IMG/VR virus record: IMGVR_UViG_3300030107_004098
Origin: an uncultured virus (IMG/VR IMGVR_UViG_3300030107_004098)
Taxonomy: Duplodnaviria > Heunggongvirae > Uroviricota > Caudoviricetes
DNA length: 64,000 bases
Strand: one strand, 5' to 3'
The position numbers and the translations under genes were made by a program. Below are positions 9,885 to 19,472 of this stretch, one piece after another (within the stretch, counting starts at the first letter, position 1; each line of letters starts with the position of its first letter). The notes under the pieces were generated by a model. It made no database searches. It was not told the DNA's origin and was given only the letters and a program-made list of their open reading frames with translations.

Positions 9885-10070
9885 CTATTTACGTTCATAG
9901 GTTCCTACACCTAAATGAAACATATAATAATCTAATGCTCGGTATAAACAATGATAACAATAGGAGAATCCGTCTCCCCGCATATTATGAATCATTGTTT
10001 CTCCTACTTCTTTACATATATTACAGACACCTTGATGCATCTGTGGTAGTGTAACGTCACTTTCTTTCAT
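9885..10070 (-). CDS. small zinc-finger protein
   Basis: CNIC...CYHC. Confidence 0.55.
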   Translation of the reverse strand: MKESDVTLPQMHQGVCNICKEVGETMIHNMRGDGFSYCYHCLYRALDYYMFHLGVGTYERK

Positions 10071-10273
10071 TCTTCTTCACCAAATAATTCCCAATGTCGT
10101 AACGTATTATCATTAAGAGTGAACATACTTCCGTCATCTTTGTATTTAAGTTTGTATATACTCATAGGTTGTCCTCTCATATATATCCAAGAATGCAATA
10201 TTACTTCAGCGATTCTTCCTGTATGTCTATTTTGTACAATATCATTTATCTTTAAGTTCTTCAACATCATCAA
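10067..10273 (-). CDS. small beta-barrel (SH3/KOW-like) hypothetical protein
   Basis: LKINDIVQNRHTG pattern; coupled ORF. Confidence 0.5.
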   Translation of the reverse strand: MMMLKNLKINDIVQNRHTGRIAEVILHSWIYMRGQPMSIYKLKYKDDGSMFTLNDNTLRHWELFGEEE

Positions 10274-10439
10274 TTCCCCAGTGTTCTTTTAATTGTTTTC
10301 CAGTTTCTGTTCCCCACCATCCGGGGTGGGTTAGATACCACTTAATATTATTTTTTCTTATTTTTTCTTTTTGCTCCGCTATGAACTTTTTTGCTCCTTC
10401 GCTGAGTTTTAGTTTCTTTTTCTTTTGTTCCATTATCAA
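10242..10439 (-). CDS. hypothetical protein
   Basis: ORF with GAGG RBS. Confidence 0.5.
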   Translation of the reverse strand: MIMEQKKKKLKLSEGAKKFIAEQKEKIRKNNIKWYLTHPGWWGTETGKQLKEHWGIDDVEELKDK

Positions 10440-10629
10440 CTACCTCTTTATGCATTTGTAGGTTTGCTACAATTGACCGCCATAAATGCCAGTTCTTAAT
10501 TACGGGTATTTCGCTAAACGATAATAAGGCTTCCCTTATTCCGCAATTTGGGCATATGTCGGTTTTATTGTCCCATCTGCTAATTGCACTATGTTCAGTG
10601 TATTCAATTGAGCAGATAGGACATTTCAA
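10348..10629 (-). CDS. zinc-finger protein
   Basis: CPIC...SRWDNKTDICPNCGIREA. Confidence 0.6.
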   Translation of the reverse strand: MKCPICSIEYTEHSAISRWDNKTDICPNCGIREALLSFSEIPVIKNWHLWRSIVANLQMHKEVVDNGTKEKETKTQRRSKKVHSGAKRKNKKK

Positions 10630-12131
10630 CCTAACAACTCCTGTAGATTTTTAAATTCACTAGGTCCATGTTTATCGGTCCTTAGACGAATAAATCTAGG
10701 AAACCTTAGACCGACGTTTCCATCTTGGTCTTGTGTTACAATATCTGCATGAACTTCCATTATAGTTACGTCTCGATTATTATCGTAATAGTCGTGGACT
10801 ACCAATAAATCTTCTTCTGTAAAACCAGTTCCTACTGAACCAACACTAATTACATTATCTCCAATCATTACTCCTAGTTCATAAGAACCATAATAACCGG
10901 CTCTTTTACCTGTTCCCATAGTCGCATTCATTACAATACAATCTAAATCTACTAGAGCAGGTTTATGTTTTAACCATGAACGCTTACCCGGTTCATATGT
11001 TTGTTCTACACCTTTAAGGACTAATCCTTCATATCCATCTTTAATAGCCTTAGTGTAAGCATTTTTGATTTCTTCCTCACCAGTTACAATTTCCGTATCT
11101 GTAATATTTACATTAGGGAAGTGCATACGAATAGTATCTAACCTATTACCATAACCGAAGTTATATGTATCTTGTTTGTTGAATGTTAGAATATCAAAAA
11201 TAATAGCCTTAACCGCTACACGATTACGCACTTGTTCTGTTTTACCATGAATGCGAGGCATAATCTCCTTGAACTCAAGAACATTTCCTTCACTATCAAT
11301 AGGCACAATTTCCCCATCAAGAATAAACTCATCAAACTCTTCACCCCAAGATTCAACATTAAGGTCTGCAAACTTCTCTGTAATATCTACACCTTTACGG
11401 TTAAAAATACATACATACCCATTTTCATCCCTATGAAACTGAGCGCGAATACCATCATACTTTACATCAGCATAATAAGTTCCTGTTAATGTCTTGGCGG
11501 TTTTAGCCAATTGAGGTTGAACGTAACTACCCGGTTCAGGTATCATTAGTTCCCCTACACCATTACCAAGACACACTTCATCAATAATAGTATTAAGATT
11601 ATTGAACTTAAGTGCGGTCTTGAAATCTCCTGTTGGGATAAGATACTTCTTTTGCAGGGATTTTTTAGTTACATTATCCCCTGCACCGTTTCTCTTTTGG
11701 TTTATCACAACTGCCGTATACCACTTCTTTTCTAGTTTACCCATATTACTGAAACGTTCCATGAATATTAGCCTAGCGGTTACTATATCTTCTGCAATAG
11801 ACAGTGGGTGAAAGGCATCATATAAACTATAGTCAATACAATCACCGGCATCAATTCCAAACTCTTCAAGTAGTTCGGGAACTCCACCAAAATCATCTAC
11901 TAAATCCTGTAGTCCTTCTTGTTCTAGCCCTAGTTCATCAGCAATATGTGGTAAGAGGTTCTTTGCTCCTAAACCTACACTACTGAACTTATCTGTTAGT
12001 GTGTGATAAAACATAGACCAATCCTTTGATAAATCATCATCAGCAACAATACTGTTAACAATTTGTGTGGGAGTCATATTAAGATATGATTCCATCTTTT
12101 CTGCAAAATCACTCATCAACATTTGTTTCAC
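10626..12131 (-). CDS. lig: ATP-dependent DNA ligase
   Basis: KYDGIR, ILDGEI, FDIL, EGLVLK, WLKHK, GSVGTG, LRFPRF. Confidence 0.95.
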   Translation of the reverse strand: MKQMLMSDFAEKMESYLNMTPTQIVNSIVADDDLSKDWSMFYHTLTDKFSSVGLGAKNLLPHIADELGLEQEGLQDLVDDFGGVPELLEEFGIDAGDCIDYSLYDAFHPLSIAEDIVTARLIFMERFSNMGKLEKKWYTAVVINQKRNGAGDNVTKKSLQKKYLIPTGDFKTALKFNNLNTIIDEVCLGNGVGELMIPEPGSYVQPQLAKTAKTLTGTYYADVKYDGIRAQFHRDENGYVCIFNRKGVDITEKFADLNVESWGEEFDEFILDGEIVPIDSEGNVLEFKEIMPRIHGKTEQVRNRVAVKAIIFDILTFNKQDTYNFGYGNRLDTIRMHFPNVNITDTEIVTGEEEIKNAYTKAIKDGYEGLVLKGVEQTYEPGKRSWLKHKPALVDLDCIVMNATMGTGKRAGYYGSYELGVMIGDNVISVGSVGTGFTEEDLLVVHDYYDNNRDVTIMEVHADIVTQDQDGNVGLRFPRFIRLRTDKHGPSEFKNLQELLG

Positions 12132-12354
12132 CCTCCATAGATTTTAGGGCATCATTATAGTATACCCATGCTAAACTAACATGGTTTGCAGTTATTCTTT
12201 CACTGTCTGTTTTAGTATAATTTAATATACTTTTAATAAATTCTTCCATAAATTCTTGTGTGCGATGAGCAATTGCTTCTCGCGCTTCTGCCTTAAACTG
12301 CCTATCGGGAATACACCCAGCAATAATTCTCTTTACTTCTCTTTCGCTAACCAT
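12109..12354 (-). CDS. archaeal histone-fold protein
   Basis: VKRII..DRQFKAEAREAI..EFMEEF..ERITANHVSLA follows the three-helix histone-fold pattern. Confidence 0.7.
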   Translation of the reverse strand: MVSEREVKRIIAGCIPDRQFKAEAREAIAHRTQEFMEEFIKSILNYTKTDSERITANHVSLAWVYYNDALKSMEGETNVDE

Positions 12355-12719
12355 TTTTCCATCTCCTTTTTGTTATAAAAATACTTTAATATTTTATTAT
12401 CTAATCCTGTAATTATAAATACTGCTCCCATGATACTGTTTACAGAAATCACCTGATACTTACCAGACACGGTAAGTGTTTCAACTGTTGGTGTAATACC
12501 ATACATTCTACTACTTTCAAATGATACCCGTTGAGCGTTATCCTTTATCCACTTAATTATATGTGGTTCTTGAACTTCAACCCACATGGGTCCATCAAGT
12601 TCCAATTCTCCGGTTTGATTGCATACATTACATTCTTTACCATCACAGATTGGACACTTAATACTTAATACGTTTACAGGAAATCTAACAGTATTTACTC
12701 TTCCTCCGATGTTAGACAT
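12333..12719 (-). CDS. DnaJ-type zinc-finger hypothetical protein
   Basis: CPICDGKECNVCNQTG. Confidence 0.55.
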   Translation of the reverse strand: MSNIGGRVNTVRFPVNVLSIKCPICDGKECNVCNQTGELELDGPMWVEVQEPHIIKWIKDNAQRVSFESSRMYGITPTVETLTVSGKYQVISVNSIMGAVFIITGLDNKILKYFYNKKEMEKWLAKEK

Positions 12720-13168
12720 ATTTCCTCAGTCCTCGATAAATACTCTTCACCATCTACTTTGAACCAACGCATACTTTCTTTATTACCTAGTACTATTGCC
12801 TCATTAAGAATTGGTTTTTGAGTATTAATAGTCCTCCAATCGGTTCCGCTAAAATACGCTTTACCGAATGGGTGGGTATGAATCCAACACTTAATTGGAA
12901 TCTTCATACCTGATACTTTTTCGTTCTTATAATCTACAAATACTCCTGAACCTTTACTAATAAATAGATTGTAGTCGTTATCTACAATTACGCTTACCTC
13001 TAGTTCGGTGAGATAATCAGTTGATACTTGCCAGATTATATCCAAAAAATATGGGTCATAAAAACTCCCTTCACATAAATCAAAGGCTTCTTCTATTAAA
13101 GCCTTACAAAAATCCCAATCACATGTTGGGTGAACTATTCCTTTATTCTTATATTCTAATTCTTCCAT
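12695..13168 (-). CDS. JAB/MPN+ (JAMM) metallo-isopeptidase
   Basis: Upstream Glu (LEV) plus WIHTHPFGKAYFSGTD = HxH-x7-S-x2-D. Confidence 0.88.
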   Translation of the reverse strand: MEELEYKNKGIVHPTCDWDFCKALIEEAFDLCEGSFYDPYFLDIIWQVSTDYLTELEVSVIVDNDYNLFISKGSGVFVDYKNEKVSGMKIPIKCWIHTHPFGKAYFSGTDWRTINTQKPILNEAIVLGNKESMRWFKVDGEEYLSRTEEICLTSEEE

Positions 13169-13440
13169 TATTCTTCCTCTCCTTTAAATTCGAACCCATA
13201 GGATTCTAGTTTTGTTTGATTCTTATCCTGTCCAAATAGGACATTGTGAATCTTGTTAATTAATTCCTCTTCATTATTATGAGTCGCCTCAATAATCCGA
13301 TTAAGAATCTTAAGTTCTTTTTGATAATCACTCATCCCAAATCCCTCCACAATTACTGCATTCGGGTTGGTTGGTTTTCCAATCAACAAACATATAATAT
13401 CCACATACATAGCATCTATTTTTATCTTCCATTTAATCAC
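13168..13440 (-). CDS. hypothetical protein with PIP-box-like motif
   Basis: QTKLESYGF near C-terminus; coupled between E1 and JAB. Confidence 0.55.
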   Translation of the reverse strand: MIKWKIKIDAMYVDIICLLIGKPTNPNAVIVEGFGMSDYQKELKILNRIIEATHNNEEELINKIHNVLFGQDKNQTKLESYGFEFKGEEE

Positions 13441-14015
13441 CCATTATATGTGGCGTGTTTCTTTACATCTTCACCATTAAACCATCTTTGAACCCATTGA
13501 GCGCCATAACCTGCTGCTACTACCTGCATAAAATGAACACCTGTAGTATCTCCTTCCCATGAATCGCCTTGGCAACTAAAAGAACCATCCGGTCCAGCAG
13601 TAAATGACGAATATAACTCTGCACGTTCTAATGATGAAATAAGAGCAGCGTTTCTACCTTGTGCTCTTAGGTCTAACCAATTAATGTTATGAGAAGCATA
13701 TAATGTTCTCCTAACTGCAAGATTATCTGCACAACAAACAACTAGGTCAAATCCTTTTACTTGCTTCATAGTTAGAACCTTGTATGGTTCTCCAGTTACT
13801 GTAGAATATCTATCATCCATAACTTTAACCTTGAACTTTTCAACATCTTCTTCATCGAAGTTTTGGTATGTTATATTCTTTATTTCTACTACATCAGGGT
13901 CATATACTGTAATATTGTATAGTCCTGTTTTGTCCAATAGGGGTATTAAGAAACTCCCAATACCACCTGCTCCGATAATCATAATCTTTCTCTTCTTATT
14001 CTTTCTCTTAGCCAT
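13437..14015 (-). CDS. ThiF/MoeB/E1-like adenylating enzyme
   Basis: IIGAGGIGS, YDPDVVEIKNITYQNF, CADNLAVR, WLDLRAQG, Cys in GSFSCQ. Confidence 0.9.
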   Translation of the reverse strand: MAKRKNKKRKIMIIGAGGIGSFLIPLLDKTGLYNITVYDPDVVEIKNITYQNFDEEDVEKFKVKVMDDRYSTVTGEPYKVLTMKQVKGFDLVVCCADNLAVRRTLYASHNINWLDLRAQGRNAALISSLERAELYSSFTAGPDGSFSCQGDSWEGDTTGVHFMQVVAAGYGAQWVQRWFNGEDVKKHATYNG

Positions 14016-14661
14016 TTCTAATCACCTTTAAATGTCTTTTCAAGCGAGGGAGGCTTACTCCCATTTTTTCACAGACCTGCGCTTGAGTCAAATCTGAATA
14101 TTCGTAAAGTATTGCGGAATATAATCCGCGTGTAATCGTGTAACGTTCTTCCATTTCTGTTATGAACTCTTTACCTGCTTCGGATAGTTCGTTACCAAAA
14201 AATATTATTGGACGAACATCAAATTCCTCTGCATTATTTTCACGATAAAAGAAATGCTTAACCTTCTTTACATTGTTAAACACTTTATTTTTATCAACGC
14301 CTATAAACGCACACATCTTATGAATGTTATACTCGGCTTGAGTTTGTTGTAATACATAATATGTTACAGTTGTAAACCTAATATTTTGTTCCATGTTTCT
14401 AAAGAACAAATGTTTATTTAACGTATTATATACTTTAATACATTCATTTCTGTAATCTTGTAATCTAAATTCATTTAATAATATATCAAGGGGTGCAAAA
14501 TCACGATTTGTTCTGGTAAGGAGATTTTGTGTCTTTTCACCACGTATTGTAAATATTCGTGATACTGCGAGCAACCCACAATTATTACATTCATATAATT
14601 CTATACTTGGAACATATTGTAGGTTTGTTGATTCGCAATTTTCACAAGGCATCCCAATCAA
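14008..14661 (-). CDS. TFIIB/TFB-like transcription factor
   Basis: N-terminal CENC...CNNCG zinc ribbon; C-terminal LTQAQVCEKMGVS HTH like the TFB BRE-binding helix. Confidence 0.7.
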   Translation of the reverse strand: MIGMPCENCESTNLQYVPSIELYECNNCGLLAVSRIFTIRGEKTQNLLTRTNRDFAPLDILLNEFRLQDYRNECIKVYNTLNKHLFFRNMEQNIRFTTVTYYVLQQTQAEYNIHKMCAFIGVDKNKVFNNVKKVKHFFYRENNAEEFDVRPIIFFGNELSEAGKEFITEMEERYTITRGLYSAILYEYSDLTQAQVCEKMGVSLPRLKRHLKVIRNG

Positions 14662-15799
14662 ACCTTCCGGCTAAATCAGAATCTTTTGTGATTCTATCAA
14701 GATAACTTCTTACTGTACTAACGTATGAACCTAGAACATTATCATTCATTACGGCCATAGCCCTAGCAGCGTATTGGTCACCTTTAGCGGCTCCACTCAT
14801 CATATTATCAATACAAATTGGTCCAATTAATCCTACTTCATCATCAACGTTTAATTTGTTTAGTTTTACTAGGCTGTTATTACCTGCTCCTTTTTGTAGC
14901 ATGTAGGTAGATACGTCTTGAACGCCTCGCTTCATACCATTATCTGCAATAATCCAATCTGTTAACTTACCTTGAATTGCTAGTGCGAGTTGAGCCTCTT
15001 GGTCTTTGGATGCTTTGAACTTAATTGTTTTAACCTGTTTGTAGTTCTTAGCCATTTGGTCCAGTAGTTCCATAGCCCTCTTTTCTACATTTTCTGCTTG
15101 TCTGTTTTGAGACATAAATGCTTTAATTACTGCAATCTGTGCTTCTGATGCTCTATTACCACCAAGAGTATATACTAACTCTTCGGGGCTAATTGCATAG
15201 AACTTACCCCTACGGTCATCTTTAAGATAACTATTTACGAATTGTTTTAACTCTCTTAGTGTAATATCATACCAAAAGGCATCGTTTAGTTCTAAAGCAA
15301 AATCTTCCGGTCCTACTTGAGCGACGTTTAATCTGCACTCAGACAATTCACCCTTATCATTAAAGTATTTATAAGGCACTCTATTTTCAAGAACATAACT
15401 TAACTCCATAGGCATTTTAACACATCGAGTTAAATATTCATCTAGTGCTTTCCAACCTTCATCATCGGCATCCACATATACTGAACGCATTAATACTCTA
15501 GTTACTACGGTCATAATATCATTATAATTACACCTGAAACCATTAACGGTATATCTATTACCGACCTTTCTTACTGCTATTCCATAGCCTTTTACTGTAA
15601 TTAGAGAACCTTCTGTTTTTGCTGCTTTTCCAACCGTAGATACTATAACATTACGAATTGCTTTGTATGTTGGGTCTTCCCCTCTATCATTTCTACGATG
15701 CCTTGTAGGGTATACAGTAAAGGTTCTATCGTCATTTCCGTCTATTTGTATATTAGTATATGTGTTATAATCGCTTGGACTTCTAACTCTAATTAACAT
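14642..15799 (-). CDS. hypothetical protein (candidate E2-like Cys domain at C-terminus)
   Basis: 385 aa ORF upstream of TFB/E1; GPICID motif; function not established. Confidence 0.55.
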   Translation of the reverse strand: MLIRVRSPSDYNTYTNIQIDGNDDRTFTVYPTRHRRNDRGEDPTYKAIRNVIVSTVGKAAKTEGSLITVKGYGIAVRKVGNRYTVNGFRCNYNDIMTVVTRVLMRSVYVDADDEGWKALDEYLTRCVKMPMELSYVLENRVPYKYFNDKGELSECRLNVAQVGPEDFALELNDAFWYDITLRELKQFVNSYLKDDRRGKFYAISPEELVYTLGGNRASEAQIAVIKAFMSQNRQAENVEKRAMELLDQMAKNYKQVKTIKFKASKDQEAQLALAIQGKLTDWIIADNGMKRGVQDVSTYMLQKGAGNNSLVKLNKLNVDDEVGLIGPICIDNMMSGAAKGDQYAARAMAVMNDNVLGSYVSTVRSYLDRITKDSDLAGRFDWDAL

Positions 15800-16050
15800 T
15801 AGACGTTTTCCTCCATGTTAATTTGTTCCATTAGAACGCCATCACATAGTTCGTTCAACTTTTCAGCAAGGCTTTCGCAAATGCCGGGAATTGTTTTTCT
15901 TTGTAGTCCCAACCATACTTTATGTCTAACGTTAAGAACTACAATAGGGAATAATTCACCCTCATCGTGTTTAATAATTACAGGTGGTAATTCATCATCA
16001 TTAACTAGACGAAACTCCACTGTCTTACGAGTTGTAGGCATCATATTCAT
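15799..16050 (-). CDS. hypothetical protein
   Basis: Coupled ORF. Confidence 0.6.
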   Translation of the reverse strand: MNMMPTTRKTVEFRLVNDDELPPVIIKHDEGELFPIVVLNVRHKVWLGLQRKTIPGICESLAEKLNELCDGVLMEQINMEENV

Positions 16051-16364
16051 TCTTTCACTTCCGGCTTTGGTCCTGTCTTGATTACTTGACGGCTAACAAT
16101 TACATGAGGGAACTTTTCAATTAGAATAGGCATTATCTCATTCCAATCTACTCCTTCATCATACTGCTTAGTCCAAACGCTACCATTTGTCTTTAACGAA
16201 GTTAATCGGTATACTACCTTTTCTGTCTTAACTACGTCCATTTCGCCAAGCAAAGCAAGGCTAGCGTCGTCTATCATCATTCCTGTTTTCTTCATTTCTT
16301 CCATATTCATTTTTTTCACTTCCATTGTGTTTGCTAGTTTATATTTCACACGACCCACCAGCAC
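16047..16364 (-). CDS. hypothetical protein
   Basis: ORF; real start likely a downstream ATG (~16310). Confidence 0.55.
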   Translation of the reverse strand: MLVGRVKYKLANTMEVKKMNMEEMKKTGMMIDDASLALLGEMDVVKTEKVVYRLTSLKTNGSVWTKQYDEGVDWNEIMPILIEKFPHVIVSRQVIKTGPKPEVKE

Positions 16365-18204
16365 AAGCGATTTCCCCGCTTAGGTCTGTGTTATCCTCAG
16401 ATTCATATACTTGTGTTAAATCAACACTAGTAAGTGACTCCATCATCTCACGATATTTGAGGACATTCGTGGACTCAAATGGAGCCTGTATATATGTTCC
16501 ACCATCATAAGGTAAAACAGATAAACCATTGTAGAACTTTCTATTATTCCACATCCATTCACCAACATCTTCCCATTCATCTTCACGAATTGAAACAGTT
16601 GCTGAAACATTGTGGGTATTCATCCCGTCATTATGTCCGGTTCTTACCCAATTTTCTGCGAACCATTTTACTCTTTCTAATAAAGAAATAGCAGGTTCGG
16701 TTCTTAGTGTTGCACCATCAGGTGCGCGTTGAGGAATACTAATTACCGCTTCTAAATGCGGTTTAAAGTGGTCATCCTCAATTAATTCTGGGTGATTATT
16801 CACCAAGTAATTGTATATTGCTTCATTTTTTCCTACACGAACACGACGAATATAATGTTTATCGTGCCATGCGTGAATACCAGAACTAGTTCCTAATACT
16901 AAAGAAGTAGTTCCAGCAGGTTTAATACAAGTTGTTCTTGCGGCCGTATTAATTCCGATTCTTTTAGCATATAACTTATTAGTCGCTCGGACTAACTTAG
17001 CCGCGTATTCTAAATCTAAACCTTTAACAGCATTAGATGCTATTCCAGTCATAGATACTCCAATTAGAGCATCTTTTTCTGTAGTTTCCTTCCATATATC
17101 TCTAAGATAATGAAAATCTGTATACCCTGCCTGTAATGTTCCTAAGAACGAAGCATTAGATACTCTTGTATTTAGGTCAGTTTGGTCTTTTACATCAGAC
17201 ACGTTAACTTCTGTAAGATTACAGAACTGATAAGGTCTTAATGCAATCTCACAACATGGATTAGTTCCCCAATCCTTATCATGAGATAAATAAATCCCCG
17301 GTTCACCTGAACCTGAATCTTTAATTCGCTGCCAAAGACCTTTAAACATAGCCTTTCTTAATCTACTACGAATTAATACAGCAGAGTTATTAGCCCTACC
17401 GCGTTGTGGGTTTTGTTCCCACCATGCTCCAGATTTACAGGAAATCATATCGTCGTCATCTGCACTGAATAAACTAATCAATGCTGCTCTACGAATACCT
17501 CCTGCTAATACTGAATCAGCGATATAACACATAATATCATGTGCTTCTAGAGTTGTAATTTTAGAGCCGTGTTCTTTTTCAGTCAAAATGTTTTCGATTT
17601 TAACTAAACACTCTCTAAGTGGTGTTGGTCCCGGTGCGCGTCCTCCTGATGTTTTCAAAAGAGTTCCTTTAGCACGAATATCTGAATAATCAAATACGGG
17701 AGTTGATTTATAATGACCAAAATACGATTTAATTAATATTTTAACCGCATCAGCCCAACCTTCAATTGAATCCCCAATAAGATAACGTCTAGTTCTTTTG
17801 GGATTTGGTTTTACAATTTCAGGTAATTGCTCAATATGGTGTTTTTGAACTGAATAACCTACACCAGTTCCACCTAACAATAAAAACATCGCTTCCCAAA
17901 AAGAATCAATTGAATCAATCGGCATATATGCACAATTGTAAACTCTATTGGGGCTTACTTCTATTGGTTTCCCAGCAAATTGCATACTTCGCATAGATGG
18001 TAAGATTTTCTTTGGTATAACATAATCATTATAACAGTGAAAAATCTCACTTTCCAGTTCTGGGTATTTTTTAATATGCATCTGCATATTACGGTCACAT
18101 ATCTCTGACCATGTTTCTCTCCTAAATTCCGTTGGCTCAAACTTTGCATATTTCATATGCACTATTATATCACTTAATATTTCTTGACTTATATCCATCA
18201 ACAT
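16339..18204 (-). CDS. nrdJ: class II (B12-dependent) ribonucleotide reductase
   Basis: YNCA, GTNPCCEI, CNL, CIKPAGT, C-terminal CAGGSC redox pair; no ATP cone. Confidence 0.93.
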   Translation of the reverse strand: MLMDISQEILSDIIVHMKYAKFEPTEFRRETWSEICDRNMQMHIKKYPELESEIFHCYNDYVIPKKILPSMRSMQFAGKPIEVSPNRVYNCAYMPIDSIDSFWEAMFLLLGGTGVGYSVQKHHIEQLPEIVKPNPKRTRRYLIGDSIEGWADAVKILIKSYFGHYKSTPVFDYSDIRAKGTLLKTSGGRAPGPTPLRECLVKIENILTEKEHGSKITTLEAHDIMCYIADSVLAGGIRRAALISLFSADDDDMISCKSGAWWEQNPQRGRANNSAVLIRSRLRKAMFKGLWQRIKDSGSGEPGIYLSHDKDWGTNPCCEIALRPYQFCNLTEVNVSDVKDQTDLNTRVSNASFLGTLQAGYTDFHYLRDIWKETTEKDALIGVSMTGIASNAVKGLDLEYAAKLVRATNKLYAKRIGINTAARTTCIKPAGTTSLVLGTSSGIHAWHDKHYIRRVRVGKNEAIYNYLVNNHPELIEDDHFKPHLEAVISIPQRAPDGATLRTEPAISLLERVKWFAENWVRTGHNDGMNTHNVSATVSIREDEWEDVGEWMWNNRKFYNGLSVLPYDGGTYIQAPFESTNVLKYREMMESLTSVDLTQVYESEDNTDLSGEIACAGGSCEI

Positions 18205-18689
18205 TCCCTCATTAGGCTATCAATTTCTCGGAGAAATTCTCCATTTTGCACAAGAACCCAAGAACGAACTTCTAACCATTCAAAGTCCTTCCAATCTTTC
18301 AGTGATTCCCAACCATTTGAGTTGAGAAGATTCCACATACTATGATATTCTTTATTCTTATACACAACTTTAAGGTCGCCGCAACTTACTAATTCTTTGT
18401 TACGATTACCACGCCCCAATACAATTCCTTCATCGTAAAAATTAGGATTGATTGTAACTAAGTCGCTATTATTGAAATGGGGATGAAACTCATAAAGGTT
18501 TCTACCACCAATTGTCTTTAACTTCATAATCTTCATTATTCTGTCCAAAATATAATCATAGGTTATATGTTCAGACATATGTTCTAAACCATTTTCTTCT
18601 AGGTATTCATTAGTTATCATATATTTTCTTCCTAAATAATTGGTCTGGAGTTGGAAACCAATCAGGTCTTCCGTTTCTCCAAGTAGCAA
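18198..18689 (-). CDS. hypothetical protein
   Basis: ORF; real start likely MITNEY (~18620). Confidence 0.55.
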   Translation of the reverse strand: MLLGETEDLIGFQLQTNYLGRKYMITNEYLEENGLEHMSEHITYDYILDRIMKIMKLKTIGGRNLYEFHPHFNNSDLVTINPNFYDEGIVLGRGNRNKELVSCGDLKVVYKNKEYHSMWNLLNSNGWESLKDWKDFEWLEVRSWVLVQNGEFLREIDSLMREC

Positions 18690-19167
18690 ATCGCCACTTA
18701 TCTATTCTGTAATATTCCTTATACGCTTCTATAGTAGATGGGAATAATTCCTCATCTAAAAGATGCGGGTAAATGTTTTTCTTAATTGCTCTAGCGAAAG
18801 GAGTTAGTCCTTCGTTATCGAACATGGCATTTTGTAGCCATTTTGATACATCTTTACTAATCTCTCGCATAAGCCGTTCTACTTTATGTTGCTTTTTATA
18901 GCGACCTGTATATTCGTCGCATAAAGCCCAAGTATTATCCCACAACCATTGAAAGTTTTCTTTTGATTGTCTGCCCCAAACTGTAGATGGGTGAACGGCC
19001 ATACCATGTGATAGTTTCTTCCAAACAATTTTGTCCGCAGGAAATCCTAACTCATGTAAATTATGTGAAATCATTTGAAATCCCTCTGTGGGCATTTTGA
19101 CTACGTGTTTATCACAACATAATCTAGCCGCACGTATTGGATTTTCATCTAAAAAGAAAATGTTCAT
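18610..19167 (-). CDS. pyrimidine-dimer DNA glycosylase-like (DenV/Pyr_excise-related) protein
   Basis: MNIFFLD..CDKHVVKM..HPSTVW..EYTGRY..H..AYKEYY..W..RPDW. Confidence 0.75.
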   Translation of the reverse strand: MNIFFLDENPIRAARLCCDKHVVKMPTEGFQMISHNLHELGFPADKIVWKKLSHGMAVHPSTVWGRQSKENFQWLWDNTWALCDEYTGRYKKQHKVERLMREISKDVSKWLQNAMFDNEGLTPFARAIKKNIYPHLLDEELFPSTIEAYKEYYRIDKWRFATWRNGRPDWFPTPDQLFRKKIYDN

Positions 19168-19472
19168 TCTTCTTCACCTTCCCGCCAACTCATTAAACAA
19201 TTTGAACTAGATTCCCATCCATGCGTATTTGTTTGATAGTAATGATGTAGTTCTTTAGCATACACATTTACGCAGAATTTGTAAATCTTTATTGCTTCTG
19301 AAAGAGTATGAACATTAAATTCCCTACATGGTGAACCAAGAAAATTATTATCTGGGTCTTCGGGTGAATCCCAAACTAATACTGCATACTCTGTTGGTAT
19401 ATTATAATCTGGTCTATCTTCTGGTCTTTCATATTTAGCATATTTATGGCTCATTTCTTCTCTTCTATTCAT
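19164..19472 (-). CDS. hypothetical protein
   Basis: Coupled ORF. Confidence 0.55.
   Translation of the reverse strand: MNRREEMSHKYAKYERPEDRPDYNIPTEYAVLVWDSPEDPDNNFLGSPCREFNVHTLSEAIKIYKFCVNVYAKELHHYYQTNTHGWESSSNCLMSWREGEEE

Noticed and set aside
1793..18204. Inteins or introns in PolB, ligase or RNR
   Set aside because: Lengths are normal, motifs contiguous, no intein splice-junction signatures seen
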